Shown here piece by piece: positions 41,185-55,711 of a DNA stretch of 64,000 nucleotides. The stretch lies in the NCBI GenBank assembly GCA_965248695.1, contig CBDFKD010000002.1, forward strand, positions 2,176,001-2,240,000. Reading direction: 5' to 3'. The translations under genes were made by a program, and so were the position numbers. Position 1 is the first letter of the stretch. The number at the start of each line of letters is the position of its first letter. Under the pieces are notes generated by a model. The model had not been told where the DNA came from, did no database searches, and was given only the letters and a program-made list of their open reading frames with translations. The stretch comes from Acidobacteriota bacterium (GTDB taxonomy: Bacteria; Acidobacteriota; UBA890; WLXD01).

Positions 41185-41664
41185 TCAGTCTTCGGCCGAC
41201 CGCTCGCCGGGTATCGGCATCTCGGTCGTCTGGATGGCGCTCCGAGTCGGCTTGATACCTCGCGCCTTGGCGACGCGCAACCGGGCAAGGGAACGCTCGA
41301 GGGCGAAACCGGCACGACCGGAATCCGTTTCTTCGTCTGGCGTCGCCAGTCGTGCCTGCGCCCGCTGGACCGCTGCCTCGGCGCGCGCGATATCGATTTT
41401 CTCAGCTTCCTCGGCAGTTTGAGCCAAGACGCTGACCCCGGTCGGGCCGACCTCGGCGAATCCTCCGGCAACCGCAAGCAGGCCATCCTGGCCACTGACG
41501 GTCACGTAATGAAGCTCGCCAGCGCCGAGCGCCGTCATGTACCTGGCATGCCGTGGGAGCACGCCGAACTCTCCGTCGATACCGGGAGCGGTCAGCTCCA
41601 CGACCTCTTCGTCGAGAACGGCGCCCTGCGGCGTCACCACCTCGAGATGAAAGTGTTCAGCCAT
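41185..41664 (-). CDS. atpC: ATP synthase epsilon subunit
   Basis: LEVVTP, GEFGVLPRH, GGFAEV. Confidence 0.96.
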   Translation of the reverse strand: MAEHFHLEVVTPQGAVLDEEVVELTAPGIDGEFGVLPRHARYMTALGAGELHYVTVSGQDGLLAVAGGFAEVGPTGVSVLAQTAEEAEKIDIARAEAAVQRAQARLATPDEETDSGRAGFALERSLARLRVAKARGIKPTRSAIQTTEMPIPGERSAED

Positions 41665-41681
41665 CGCTGTTGCCGGCGAGA

Positions 41682-44175
<2,494 letters not shown>

Positions 44176-44182
44176 CGTTCGC

Positions 44183-46301
<2,119 letters not shown>

Positions 46302-46335
46302 TGATCGAGGGTCTTGCAGCCGCGTGGCTGATGGG

Positions 46336-47076
46336 TCAAGAGACCGTTTCTCCCAGGCTGTCGAGGTGCTCACGCACCAACCGTGTCTGGTCGGCGGCGC
46401 TGAAGTTGTCTTGCAGAATTCGTTTGGCGACGGCAACGGCCTGGTCGGCGACGTACGTCTGAAGCGCTCGGCGCGAGCGGGCCACTTGTGCATCGAGGTC
46501 GCGATTAGCGGAATCTCGAATGATCTCGGCATCGACGGCTGCGGCCGCGACGAGACGTTTTTTGTCACGCTGGGCGCCCTTGCGTGCATCGGTAAGCAGC
46601 GCGGCTTCTTCCTGTTCCACCCGCTCCAGTCGCGTCGCTGACTCCGCCAGACGCGACGCTGCGCTCGCCTGCTGTTGTTGCGCCAGATCTCGCGCCTCCA
46701 ACACCTGCTGGCTGCGCGCGCCCAGGATTTCGCGGAGGCCGTTGAATTCGAAATTCTCGCGCACGAACGACGGCGCCACCACCAGAGCCCAGTACAGCAA
46801 CAGGCCCAGGAGAAAGAAGTTGATCCACTTGAATGCGTACTCGCCCCAGGTCGGCCCGCCGTGCTCCTCGGTGGCGTGCTCGTCACCATGCTCCTGAGTG
46901 GCGGCGTGCTCCTGGTCCGATTCAGCAGAACCCTCCGTTGCGGCGTGGCTCTCGCCCGCCTCGGTTCCTGCGTACGGCTCCTGCGATCCCGCCGCAGCCC
47001 CGGCCCCGAAAAGCACCACGACTGCAGCAAGGCCCGCCATGACTAGCCAGCCCGAGGACTTTCTGTAGCTGATCAA
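46336..47076 (-). CDS. atpF: ATP synthase b subunit with signal-peptide-like and His/Glu-rich N-terminal extension
   Basis: KWINF TM helix followed by coiled coil; position in operon. Confidence 0.85.
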   Translation of the reverse strand: MISYRKSSGWLVMAGLAAVVVLFGAGAAAGSQEPYAGTEAGESHAATEGSAESDQEHAATQEHGDEHATEEHGGPTWGEYAFKWINFFLLGLLLYWALVVAPSFVRENFEFNGLREILGARSQQVLEARDLAQQQQASAASRLAESATRLERVEQEEAALLTDARKGAQRDKKRLVAAAAVDAEIIRDSANRDLDAQVARSRRALQTYVADQAVAVAKRILQDNFSAADQTRLVREHLDSLGETVS

Positions 47077-47525
47077 CCGTCGGTGCTCCTGCTGCCGACG
47101 GGCCGCTCCAGGAGCCTCTCGGCGATGCGCTCGGCGAGATCGTCGGCGTCGGTCGCGAGCTGCCGCCGGGCCGCCTCGATCTGAGCGTCGATCTCCGCTT
47201 TCGCCGTTTCGACTTTGAGTGCCGCCTCGGCGCGCGCTTCGCCCAGCACCCGATCACGATCGGCGCGCGCTTCGGTGTGCGCCTGCTCGCGAATCGCGTA
47301 GGCCTCCTTACGCGCCTTGGAAACTCGCTCTTCCACCTCGGCGAGTCGTTGCTCCTGCGCCCGGATCGCGTCGGCGAAAGCCGCGCTGGCGTCGTCGATC
47401 TCGGCTTGCCGCTGCGCCAAGATGGCGTTGAGCGGGCCAAACAGCCAGCGGTTGGCGATGAAGATCAGCGCCACGACCGCGGCAGCAACCAGGGCGATCG
47501 TTGGCAGGTGTGGAAAGTTGTCCAT
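47073..47525 (-). CDS. atpF2: ATP synthase b' subunit
   Basis: TM helix, LFGPL...RQ, Ala-rich coiled coil. Confidence 0.88.
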   Translation of the reverse strand: MDNFPHLPTIALVAAAVVALIFIANRWLFGPLNAILAQRQAEIDDASAAFADAIRAQEQRLAEVEERVSKARKEAYAIREQAHTEARADRDRVLGEARAEAALKVETAKAEIDAQIEAARRQLATDADDLAERIAERLLERPVGSRSTDG

Positions 47526-47669
47526 CGAGGTTCTCGGCCTCAGCTGCCGGTTATCTGCGGCCCTGTCGCTTGGAGGCAGGTGGGCGCGGTCTGCAGAATT
47601 CGAGCGAACACAGAACAGGTAAGCCCGGTTGCCGCGAGAGGCGGCTGAGGAACAAAATGGCCGCCCGTG

Positions 47670-48050
47670 TCACTCGAGCTTAGTGATCATGCGGCTGAGT
47701 TCTCGCGCCACCGAAGAGCGGCACGATGCGTCGGCCACAGATTCTATCAGCCGCGTCGAAAGGTCGGCAAGCAACCGAGTCACCGCTTCCGTCACGATCG
47801 CTTCGACCTCGACCGTGAACGTATCAACCGCCACCGTAAGCTGTGCTTCCCACTTTTCCCCCGCCGTGTCGTCGAGCCTCAGAGTGACGACCGCAGCGTC
47901 GCTCCGGTAGTCGTAAAGGTGCGGACCGGTCAAGCCGGAAGCGCCGACCTCGAGGTGGTAGCCGCGGCGCTCGAGAACGGTTGCAAACGAGTCGCGAAGC
48001 CTATCGACGAAGCTCTCGGTGCCGAGATAGGAGCATGCCGTCGGCATCAA
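47670..48050 (-). CDS. Hypothetical soluble protein at the end of the mrp operon
   Basis: 126-aa ORF starting 6 nt after the mrpD3 stop; plausible codon usage. Confidence 0.6.
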   Translation of the reverse strand: MMPTACSYLGTESFVDRLRDSFATVLERRGYHLEVGASGLTGPHLYDYRSDAAVVTLRLDDTAGEKWEAQLTVAVDTFTVEVEAIVTEAVTRLLADLSTRLIESVADASCRSSVARELSRMITKLE

Positions 48051-48056
48051 CTGACC

Positions 48057-49748
48057 TCAAAAGAAATAGAGCAGCAGCAAAGTCGCCAGGAGGACGGCGA
48101 CCCACAGCGCCATGCTGCCGGTCGGCCAGGTACGCTCGAGGATCCCCTCCGGTCCGTGATGACGGTGGACCGTTTGCACCGTGGCTGTAATGCGCCGCCC
48201 CGCTCTGTCCAGCGCACGGGCCCACAGGCGGGCGCCGCCGCGCACAACGGGCCCGAGCGTGCTCGGCACGAGGCGTCGGTAGATCCAATCCGTATCGAGG
48301 TTGACCGATCTCAGCTCCGGCGGATACAGCCCTACCCAGTTCAGCCACGCGAACGCGACCGCGGACCAGAACAGGAGCTGAAGCTGCGAGATCACATGGG
48401 TCGCTGTGTACGGCTCGTACTCGACCGGGAACGGCAGCACGTCGTAGAGCAGTGTCGGAAAAACGCCGATTCCGATGCACAGCGAAGCCGCCAGCCCCAT
48501 GGCGATCAACATATTGCGCGGCGCTTCCTTGCAGCGGATTCCCGAGTCGTGTGCAAAGAAGGCGAAATACGGAATCTTGATGCCGGAGTGGTGAAAGACG
48601 CCCGCCGATGCGAACAGCAGCACGAAGTAAACGAAGGTGTAGTGATTCTCGGCGGTCGCGGAAATGATCAATGACTTGGTTGCGAAGCCGCTGAAGAGCG
48701 GGAACGCCGAGATCGAAGCGGCGCCGACGATGCAAAAGCCGGTCGTCCACGGCATCGATCTGTAGAGTCCGCCGAGCTCGGAACCCTTTATCGTCCCGGT
48801 GCGCAGCAGCACCGCCCCCATCGACATGAAAAGCACGCCCTTGAAGAGAATGTCGGCGAACGCGTGGGCGGCAGCACCGTTGAGGGCCATCTCGGTACCG
48901 ATACCGATACCGACCACCATGAACCCGAGCTGGTTGTTCATGCTGTAAGTAAGCACCCGCCGGAGATCGTTGACGATCACCGCGAAGAAGATCGGGAAGG
49001 CGGTCATCGCGGCGCCGATCCAGACCAGCATCTCGGTTCCAGGGAAACCGCGCGCAAGGGCGTAGACCGCCAGCTTGGTGGTGAAGGCGCTCAGAAACAC
49101 CGTCCCGGTCACGGTGGCCTCCGGATAGGCGTCCTCGAGCCAGTTGTGCAACAGCGGGAACGCACACTTGATGCCGAAGGCGATGAAAATGAGACCACCG
49201 CCGAGGCCGCCGAGCCCGAGATAATCAAATGCCAGCGATCCGGTTTCGTGAACGTGCGCCAGGACTCCGGCGAGGAGCAGCACGCCGGACGTGATCTGGA
49301 AGATCAGGTACCGCATGCCGGCCCGATACGATCGCTCGCTGCGGCGCGCCCAGATCAAGAAGACGGAGGAGACCGCGGCCAGCTCCCAGTAGACGAAGAG
49401 CGTGATCAGGTCGCCCGCGAACACCGCGCCGATGGCGCTGCCGGCGTAGACGAAGGCGGCAACGTGTTGCCCGGTGTCCTTTACCCGCAGGGCGAAGATC
49501 ATGCCGAGGAACGCCGCGATGTGGAAGATGTAGCCGAACACGAGGCTCAGCCGATCGACGCGGACGGGCGTTAGCGAGTAGTCGAAGATGGAGACCTGCA
49601 GGAGCTCCCCGTGTGAGATCGCCAGCAGCTGGAGGAAGCCCAGCGCCGGGACGAGGAGCATGTAGGCCGACCGTCCGCGCCCTCGCAGAAGCGGGACCAG
49701 CAACCCCCCGAAGATCAGGAGCCAGCCGGGCGGAAGGCTATCGATCAT
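48057..49748 (-). CDS. mrpD: Mrp antiporter MrpD/NuoL-like subunit (D3)
   Basis: YWE, IKCAFPLLHNWL, TTK, ILFKG; start MIDSLPPG. Confidence 0.88.
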   Translation of the reverse strand: MIDSLPPGWLLIFGGLLVPLLRGRGRSAYMLLVPALGFLQLLAISHGELLQVSIFDYSLTPVRVDRLSLVFGYIFHIAAFLGMIFALRVKDTGQHVAAFVYAGSAIGAVFAGDLITLFVYWELAAVSSVFLIWARRSERSYRAGMRYLIFQITSGVLLLAGVLAHVHETGSLAFDYLGLGGLGGGLIFIAFGIKCAFPLLHNWLEDAYPEATVTGTVFLSAFTTKLAVYALARGFPGTEMLVWIGAAMTAFPIFFAVIVNDLRRVLTYSMNNQLGFMVVGIGIGTEMALNGAAAHAFADILFKGVLFMSMGAVLLRTGTIKGSELGGLYRSMPWTTGFCIVGAASISAFPLFSGFATKSLIISATAENHYTFVYFVLLFASAGVFHHSGIKIPYFAFFAHDSGIRCKEAPRNMLIAMGLAASLCIGIGVFPTLLYDVLPFPVEYEPYTATHVISQLQLLFWSAVAFAWLNWVGLYPPELRSVNLDTDWIYRRLVPSTLGPVVRGGARLWARALDRAGRRITATVQTVHRHHGPEGILERTWPTGSMALWVAVLLATLLLLYFF

Positions 49749-50049
49749 AGTAGTCCTCGCCCCGACCGACGATCTTGCGCAGCTGCTTCGCAGCCAGAAC
49801 GAGCAATACACACGAGACAAACCCGTAGAAGCCGAAGAAGCCGAAGATGTATTCGATCGGGAACTCGACGTGTTTCTCGTACAGAAGGTCAGCCGCAACG
49901 AGAAGGGCACAGACGATCCAGAGGGCGCGGTAGATCTTGCCGACGTTCCCCATGTCGTCGATCCAGTACTTCTTCTCGCCCGCTGGCGACTCGGTCACAT
50001 TGTCGTGCGAGGGCTTGGCGTGGCTGTCGATGCTGTTGTCGTCGTGCAT
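49738..50049 (-). CDS. Small two-TM membrane protein of the mrp operon
   Basis: WIDD...FGFFGFYGFVSCV...EDYYD; overlaps the D3 start. Confidence 0.75.
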   Translation of the reverse strand: MHDDNSIDSHAKPSHDNVTESPAGEKKYWIDDMGNVGKIYRALWIVCALLVAADLLYEKHVEFPIEYIFGFFGFYGFVSCVLLVLAAKQLRKIVGRGEDYYDR

Positions 50050-50055
50050 GGCAGG

Positions 50056-51573
50056 CTACGGACTCACGATCGGGAGAAGCAGCCGATAGACCTCATCGGC
50101 ACAGAAGAACAGGACCAGACAACCTACGGCGGTTGTACAGAGCGCCACCAGGCAGAGCGTTGGTGCTTCCTTGATCGACGATCCGCCGTTTGCCCCCGGC
50201 GCCGTACCCTGGACCGCGCCGGCGGCACCATCCCCGATGACCGCTGACTCCGGCGGAGCGACGAAGAATGCCCGCGCCACAATCGACAGCAAATAGGCGA
50301 CGTTCAGAAGCGAGCTGATCATCAGAACGGCAACGAAGATGACCTTCTCCGCTTCGAGAGCACCGAGCGCCAGGAACCACTTGCTCCATGCGCCGCCGAA
50401 CGGCGGCAGACCGATAACGCTGAGCGAGCCGATGAAGAAGGCCGTCATGGTGATCGGCATGGTGCGACCGATGCCGTCCATGTCGCTGATCTCGGTCTTG
50501 TGTGCCGCCACGTAGATGGCGCCGGCACAGAAAAAGAGCGTGATCTTGCCGAAGGCGTGCATGGCGATGTGCATGCTGCCGCCCAGCACAGCGCAGCTGG
50601 TCGCCAACGCGGCGCCCAGCACGCTGTACGCGAGCTGGCTCACCGTCGAGTAAGCCAGGCGCGCCTTCAGGTTGTCTTTCGTCAGGGCGACGAGTGAAGC
50701 CGCCAAGATCGTGAACGCGGCGACGTACATGAGCCAGGTGCTCAACCCTGTGTCCATGAGCAGCTCGAGCCCGAAGACGTAGATGACGATCTTCATCACC
50801 GTGAACACGCCGACCTTGACCACAGCAACGGCGTGGAGAAGCGCGCTCACCGGTGTGGGGGCCACCATCGCCGCCGGCAGCCAGCGATGGAACGGCATCA
50901 GCGCCGCCTTGCCCGTGCCGAAGGCGAAGAGTCCCAGCAGCACGGCGAGGGTAGCCTCGTCGGCGGTCCCGGCGAGAATGCCGCCGGGACGGAAATCGAG
51001 AGTCCCCGCCAGGTACCACGTCCAGATAATGGCGAACAACAGAAACGCCACCGACGTGCTCAGCAGGATTCCGAGATAAAGCCTGCCTCCCTGTCTCGCA
51101 GCTTCGGTTCGATGGTGGGTAACGAGAGGGTAGGTCGAGAACGTCAACACCTCGTAGAAAATGAACAGGGTCAGCAGGTTTGCGGCGAACGCGACGCCTA
51201 TTGCGGCCGAGATCGCGATCGCGAAACAGGCGTAGAAACGCGTCTGGTCGCTCTCCTGGTGCCCACGCATGTAGCCGATCGAATACACCGTGGTAAGGAT
51301 CCACAGCCCCGAGGCCACCAGGGCGAAGAGCATCCCGAGCGGCTCGACCTTGAACGCCATCCACAGGCCGGCCATCACCTCCACTGCGTTGGCCTCCGGG
51401 CGACCCCCGGCCTGCACCACAGGCAGCAGCGTGTACACCACCGCGAGTAGCGCGCCGCCGGTGGTCAGGCTGGCCGCCTCGCGCAAATTCGGCCAGCGTC
51501 GCAGCGCAACAACAAGCCCGGCGCCGACCAGCGGCAGGCCGACCGCGACGTAGATGGCCAGTTGCGGGCTCAC
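50056..51573 (-). CDS. mrpD: Mrp antiporter MrpD/NuoL-like subunit (D2)
   Basis: FYE, GKAALMPFHRWLPAAMVAPTPVSALLHAVAVVK, HAFGK; GTGA-coupled. Confidence 0.9.
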   Translation of the reverse strand: MSPQLAIYVAVGLPLVGAGLVVALRRWPNLREAASLTTGGALLAVVYTLLPVVQAGGRPEANAVEVMAGLWMAFKVEPLGMLFALVASGLWILTTVYSIGYMRGHQESDQTRFYACFAIAISAAIGVAFAANLLTLFIFYEVLTFSTYPLVTHHRTEAARQGGRLYLGILLSTSVAFLLFAIIWTWYLAGTLDFRPGGILAGTADEATLAVLLGLFAFGTGKAALMPFHRWLPAAMVAPTPVSALLHAVAVVKVGVFTVMKIVIYVFGLELLMDTGLSTWLMYVAAFTILAASLVALTKDNLKARLAYSTVSQLAYSVLGAALATSCAVLGGSMHIAMHAFGKITLFFCAGAIYVAAHKTEISDMDGIGRTMPITMTAFFIGSLSVIGLPPFGGAWSKWFLALGALEAEKVIFVAVLMISSLLNVAYLLSIVARAFFVAPPESAVIGDGAAGAVQGTAPGANGGSSIKEAPTLCLVALCTTAVGCLVLFFCADEVYRLLLPIVSP

Positions 51574-53060
51574 GGCGAGATCCCCAACAGAGACTCCGCC
51601 GCCATCCGGGCAATGCCGGCCGTCACGTCGGTGCGGGTGCCGAAGTAGAAGATGGCGATGACCAGCGCCCACATGGGCAGCAGAAGAGAAAGTGGTGCCT
51701 CGGTGACGGCGCCCTCACCGTCGCCCGCCTGTGGCTCGTCGAAGTAGGCGACCTCGACGACCCTCCAGACATAAACGGCGGCCAGCAGCGAGCTGAGCAG
51801 CACCAGCGCAGCGACCGGCCAGAGGCCCTGCTCGAGGGCGGCCAGCACCAGGTACCACTTGGAGACGAAGCCCACCGTGAGCGGCACGCCGATGAGGCTG
51901 AGGCCTCCGGCAACGAAGGCGGCCATCGTCCACGGCATACGGCGGCCCAGGCCCCGCAACTCGTCGATGTGAACCGAGCCGCAGCGCATGACGATACAGC
52001 CCATGGCCAGAAACAGGGCGCATTTCATCAAGCCGTGGTTGAAGAGGTGGACGATGCCTCCGGTCAGCCCGTTGACCGACGCGAAGCTGATGCCGAGAAC
52101 CATGTAGCCGATCTGGGCCACGCTCGAGTACGCCAGCATGCGCTTGATGTTGTTCTGGAAGATCGCCACCAGCGATGCGGTGACGATGCCGATCAGGGCG
52201 AGGGGCATCAGAAATATCCAAAGCCGCATCGATTCGAAGGTGAATTGGTATCCGAAGACGGTGAAAAAGAAGCGCAGCAGGATGTAGACGGATACCTTCG
52301 TCGCCGTAGCGGCAAGGAAAGCCGTCACGACCGACGGGGCGTAGGCGTAGGCGTTGGGGAGCCACAGATGCAACGGGAAGAGCGCCATCTTCGCGCTGAT
52401 GCCGACGACGAAGAACCCGAAGGCAACCAGCACCGTGCGGGTGTCGCGCACGCTCTCGAGCTGCACCGCCATGTCGGCCATGTTCAGCGTTCCCGTCATC
52501 GTGTAGAGCAGGCCGATGCCGATCAGGATGAACGTGGCGCCGATCGTGCCCATGATGAGGTACTGGTAGGCCGACGTGAGCGCCCGCCGATCCTGTCCCA
52601 TGCTGATCAGCACGTAGGACGACAGCGCCGATATCTCCAGGAACACGAACACGTTGAACAGGTCGCCAGTGGCGGCGATGCCGAGCAGGCCGGTCAGGCA
52701 CAGAAGGTAGGCTGTATAGAAGAGGTAGTGACGCTGGTAGCGTGGCAGCTCCACCGAGATGCTCGCCGGCGACCAGGTGGCGACGATCGCACCGATGCCG
52801 GCCACCAGAATGAGCACGAAGGCGTTGAGCAGGTCGATCCGATACTCGATGCCCCAGGGCGGCGGCCAGCCCCCGAGCTCATAGGAAATGACGCCCTGAT
52901 CGAGGACGCGGAGCATCAACAACACCGAGATCCCGAAGGTCAGCCAGGTGACCGCGATGGCGAAGCCGGTCGCCAAGGCGCGGTGCCGCAGCAGCAGGCA
53001 CACGGGCGCTGCCAGCAACGGTACGAGAACGACCAGGATGGGTAGATGGCCCTCCATCAA
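51570..53060 (-). CDS. mrpD: Mrp antiporter subunit D (D1)
   Basis: GDLFNVFVFLE, KMALFPLHLWLP, KRMLAYSS. Confidence 0.93.
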   Translation of the reverse strand: MMEGHLPILVVLVPLLAAPVCLLLRHRALATGFAIAVTWLTFGISVLLMLRVLDQGVISYELGGWPPPWGIEYRIDLLNAFVLILVAGIGAIVATWSPASISVELPRYQRHYLFYTAYLLCLTGLLGIAATGDLFNVFVFLEISALSSYVLISMGQDRRALTSAYQYLIMGTIGATFILIGIGLLYTMTGTLNMADMAVQLESVRDTRTVLVAFGFFVVGISAKMALFPLHLWLPNAYAYAPSVVTAFLAATATKVSVYILLRFFFTVFGYQFTFESMRLWIFLMPLALIGIVTASLVAIFQNNIKRMLAYSSVAQIGYMVLGISFASVNGLTGGIVHLFNHGLMKCALFLAMGCIVMRCGSVHIDELRGLGRRMPWTMAAFVAGGLSLIGVPLTVGFVSKWYLVLAALEQGLWPVAALVLLSSLLAAVYVWRVVEVAYFDEPQAGDGEGAVTEAPLSLLLPMWALVIAIFYFGTRTDVTAGIARMAAESLLGISP

Positions 53061-53413
53061 GCCTCTACGTCCTGAACGTGAATCTCGGGTTCCTCGATCG
53101 TCCCGTACTCTTCGTGGATGCGGACGACGAGCCCCAAGGCCACGGCAGTCGTGGCCACGCCAACGACAATGGCGGTGAGGATGAGAACCCCTGGAAGCGG
53201 GTTGGAGTAGATCTCGAAGCCCTCGGCGATGATCGGCGCCGTGCCACCTTCCACCTTGCCTACAGTGATGAATAGAAGGAATACGGAGGTCTGGAAAATA
53301 CTCAGCCCGATGACCTTCTTGATGAGATTGTCGCGTGCCACGACGATGTAGAAGCCGGTCATCATCAACACGACGACCACCCAGTAGTTGTATAGCCCCA
53401 GCAGCTCGACCAT
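53057..53413 (-). CDS. mrpC: Mrp antiporter subunit C
   Basis: NLIKKVIG, NPLPGVLILTAIVVG. Confidence 0.93.
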   Translation of the reverse strand: MVELLGLYNYWVVVVLMMTGFYIVVARDNLIKKVIGLSIFQTSVFLLFITVGKVEGGTAPIIAEGFEIYSNPLPGVLILTAIVVGVATTAVALGLVVRIHEEYGTIEEPEIHVQDVEA

Positions 53414-53832
53414 CAGCTACGCACCGTCTCGCCGAAGGCGTAGAAGATCGAAATCATCACTCCGGCGACCGTCGTTCCCACGCCGAGCTCGACAAGCAAG
53501 ATTCCGAGGTGTTGGCCGTGCACCGGATCGTGCTCGAGCACGCTGTAGTTCAAAAAAGCGCCGCCCTTGAGCATGGCGACCACACCGACGGCGATATAGA
53601 GCAAGAGTCCGAGTGGAATCAGCCGGTGGACGATCCGCGGGCTCAACGCTCGCTGACAGGCGCGCAGGTCGAAGACGATCGCGTAGAGGATGACGCCGGC
53701 AGCGAAGATCACCCCGGCCTGGAAGCCGCCCCCGGGGCCATAATCGCCGTGCCATTGGACGTAGAGGGCGTACAGGAGTATGTACGGAATCAGCAGCTTG
53801 GCAGCCACGCGGGGAACGCTCTGGCGTTTCAT
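53413..53832 (-). CDS. mrpB: Mrp antiporter subunit B (MnhB domain)
   Basis: HGDYGPGGGFQAG, ELGVG. Confidence 0.92.
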   Translation of the reverse strand: MKRQSVPRVAAKLLIPYILLYALYVQWHGDYGPGGGFQAGVIFAAGVILYAIVFDLRACQRALSPRIVHRLIPLGLLLYIAVGVVAMLKGGAFLNYSVLEHDPVHGQHLGILLVELGVGTTVAGVMISIFYAFGETVRS

Positions 53833-54383
53833 TCGTCGTCCTCGCCGTCCAGCCAACGTCGCCGCCGGGCGCCTCCCAGCAAGATGAGGACCCCGATGCC
53901 GGCGGTGAAGATCACCGCGGTCTCACCCAACGTGTCGTAGCCGCGATAGCTGGCCAGCACCGCAGTCACCAGGTTCGGCACCTCCACCTCGTGCGGCGAC
54001 TCGTGGATGTAGCGAGGCGCCACGTGGCGGTGCACCTGGGCGTCCGGATCGCCGAGTCGCGGCAGGTCCATGGTGCCGTATATGAGCGCCGCGCCAGTGA
54101 TCAGGATGACGATCAACGGCAGCAACGGAGTGTGCTTGGACTCCTTCTCCTCGGAGGTCGTCAGCGACAAGGTGACGAGAATGAGGACCGTCGAGATTCC
54201 CGCCCCGACCGATGCCTCCGTAAACGCCACGTCGGGTTGGTCCAGCACGCTCATCCAGCAAGCGCCCAACAGACTGTAGATTCCGGCAACGATCGCCGTC
54301 GAGAACAGCCCGCGGAGCCGCGCAATGCGCACCGCCGTCGCCACCAGCAACGCCAGCAGGACTAGGTCAATGATGGCGTTGAT
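53829..54383 (-). CDS. Mrp DUF4040 / MrpB N-terminal subunit
   Basis: PDVAFTEASVG, PNLVTAVLASYRGYDTLGE. Start uncertain (ATC 54383 or TTG 54350). Confidence 0.85.
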   Translation of the reverse strand: MNAIIDLVLLALLVATAVRIARLRGLFSTAIVAGIYSLLGACWMSVLDQPDVAFTEASVGAGISTVLILVTLSLTTSEEKESKHTPLLPLIVILITGAALIYGTMDLPRLGDPDAQVHRHVAPRYIHESPHEVEVPNLVTAVLASYRGYDTLGETAVIFTAGIGVLILLGGARRRRWLDGEDDE

Positions 54384-54706
54384 GTCTCACCGTCCCTTTC
54401 GTCTGCTCCATCCAGCAGCGGCTCCAATCCGCGGTCGTGAGCCGCCTGGGCGATCGAATGGGTCGCCGTCGGACTGGTTATGTAAATGAAAAAGAGGATG
54501 AAGACGAGCTTCGCGGTCACCAGCGAGATCCCCGCCTGCAGCATCAGCGCGATGAGAATGAGCGAGGTGCCCAGCGTGTCGATAACACCGGCGCCGTGCA
54601 GCCGAGTGTAGAAATCCGGCAACCGGCAAAGTCCTAGCGCCCCTGCAACGCAGAAGAAAGACCCGCCCAGGAGCAGCGCCCAGCTGAGCATGTCGATGGC
54701 GTTCAT
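54362..54706 (-). CDS. mrpG: Mrp antiporter subunit G
   Basis: RLPDFYTRLH, TSPTATH. Confidence 0.93.
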   Translation of the reverse strand: MNAIDMLSWALLLGGSFFCVAGALGLCRLPDFYTRLHGAGVIDTLGTSLILIALMLQAGISLVTAKLVFILFFIYITSPTATHSIAQAAHDRGLEPLLDGADERDGETSTPSLT

Positions 54707-54713
54707 CAGCCCG

Positions 54714-55010
54714 CTACGCTCCGTCGGCGTCGGTCGGCTCTGGCTCGGTTACTTCGGCCAGGTCGCCGTATTTGAAGTACTTGAGCACCGCGAGCGTGCC
54801 GATGAAGTTGATCAGCGCATACACCAGCGCGAGGTCGAGAAAATCGGGGCGGCCGTTGAGGAACCCGAGCACAGCGATAAACAAGACCGTGGCGGTGCCG
54901 AAGCTATTCACGGCCATCACCCGGTCGTAGACGGTCGGACCGAGCGCGGCGCGAAGCAACGCCAGGCTCATCGTGATCAGGATCGCGACCATCGTCATCG
55001 CGAACATCAA
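54714..55010 (-). CDS. mrpF: Mrp antiporter subunit F
   Basis: GPTVYDRV, DLALVYALINFIG. Confidence 0.93.
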   Translation of the reverse strand: MMFAMTMVAILITMSLALLRAALGPTVYDRVMAVNSFGTATVLFIAVLGFLNGRPDFLDLALVYALINFIGTLAVLKYFKYGDLAEVTEPEPTDADGA

Positions 55011-55507
55011 CCAGCATCCTCCAGGCGCGTGACTCGCCGATCCATCTCCCCGGTCTCCACGCCCGCGGCCGCCTCGCGACTCAGCGCGTGCACGGTGATC
55101 GTGGATGCATCGACCACCACAGAAACCGTTCCGGGCGTGAGCGTAATCGAATTGGCGTACACCACCTGGCCGAGCTCGCTGCTTTGGCTGGCTGCGACCT
55201 GGATGACGTTGGGGCTGATCGGCAACCTCGGGTCCAGGATTCGCTTCACGACGTCAACGTTCGCCTTGACGATCTCCCAGGCCAGCCAGGGGATGTACAG
55301 CAGCACGCGAAGGTTGACAAACTCGACTGGGGCGCCCTCCGCATCGACGACGTTCATGCGCGCGGCGATGAGCACGACAAGCGCCGTGGAAACGACGCCC
55401 ATCACAAGCAGCAGCGGCTCGTAGTGCGGGCCCCACGGGAATGACATCCCCGACCACAGCTGCCAGACGGCGAATAGGAGCAGCCCGAGCGTGGCGGAGC
55501 GTTTCAT
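55007..55507 (-). CDS. mrpE: Mrp antiporter subunit E
   Basis: KANVDV, ANSITLTPGT, VHAL. Confidence 0.93.
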   Translation of the reverse strand: MKRSATLGLLLFAVWQLWSGMSFPWGPHYEPLLLVMGVVSTALVVLIAARMNVVDAEGAPVEFVNLRVLLYIPWLAWEIVKANVDVVKRILDPRLPISPNVIQVAASQSSELGQVVYANSITLTPGTVSVVVDASTITVHALSREAAAGVETGEMDRRVTRLEDAG

Positions 55508-55684
55508 CTGGGGTTCCCGTTGCTGATTCGAGCGTCGCGCCGAAGGCGGCTACGGTGCCGCAGCAGCGTGCGCCGTATACTCGCATCGGTTCGCGTGGTG
55601 CTCAACCTCGCGATCGGCCATTCGCTTTGCGACGCCGCCGAGTACCACCGTCGCACGCAGGGTCCGCCCAAGCTGTATCGACAG

Positions 55685-55709
55685 CAAGTCGTTATTACAC
55701 AATAACTTA
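55685..55709. promoter_or_regulatory. AT-rich palindrome upstream of the mrp operon (possible IHF-like or regulator site)
   Basis: CAAGTCGTTATTACACAATAACTTA contains GTTATT-N4-AATAAC. Confidence 0.35.
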
Positions 55710-55711
55710 GA

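Noticed and set aside
55508-55684. Na+ riboswitch upstream of mrpE
   Set aside because: Hairpins exist but I could not match a riboswitch consensus; needs cmscan.
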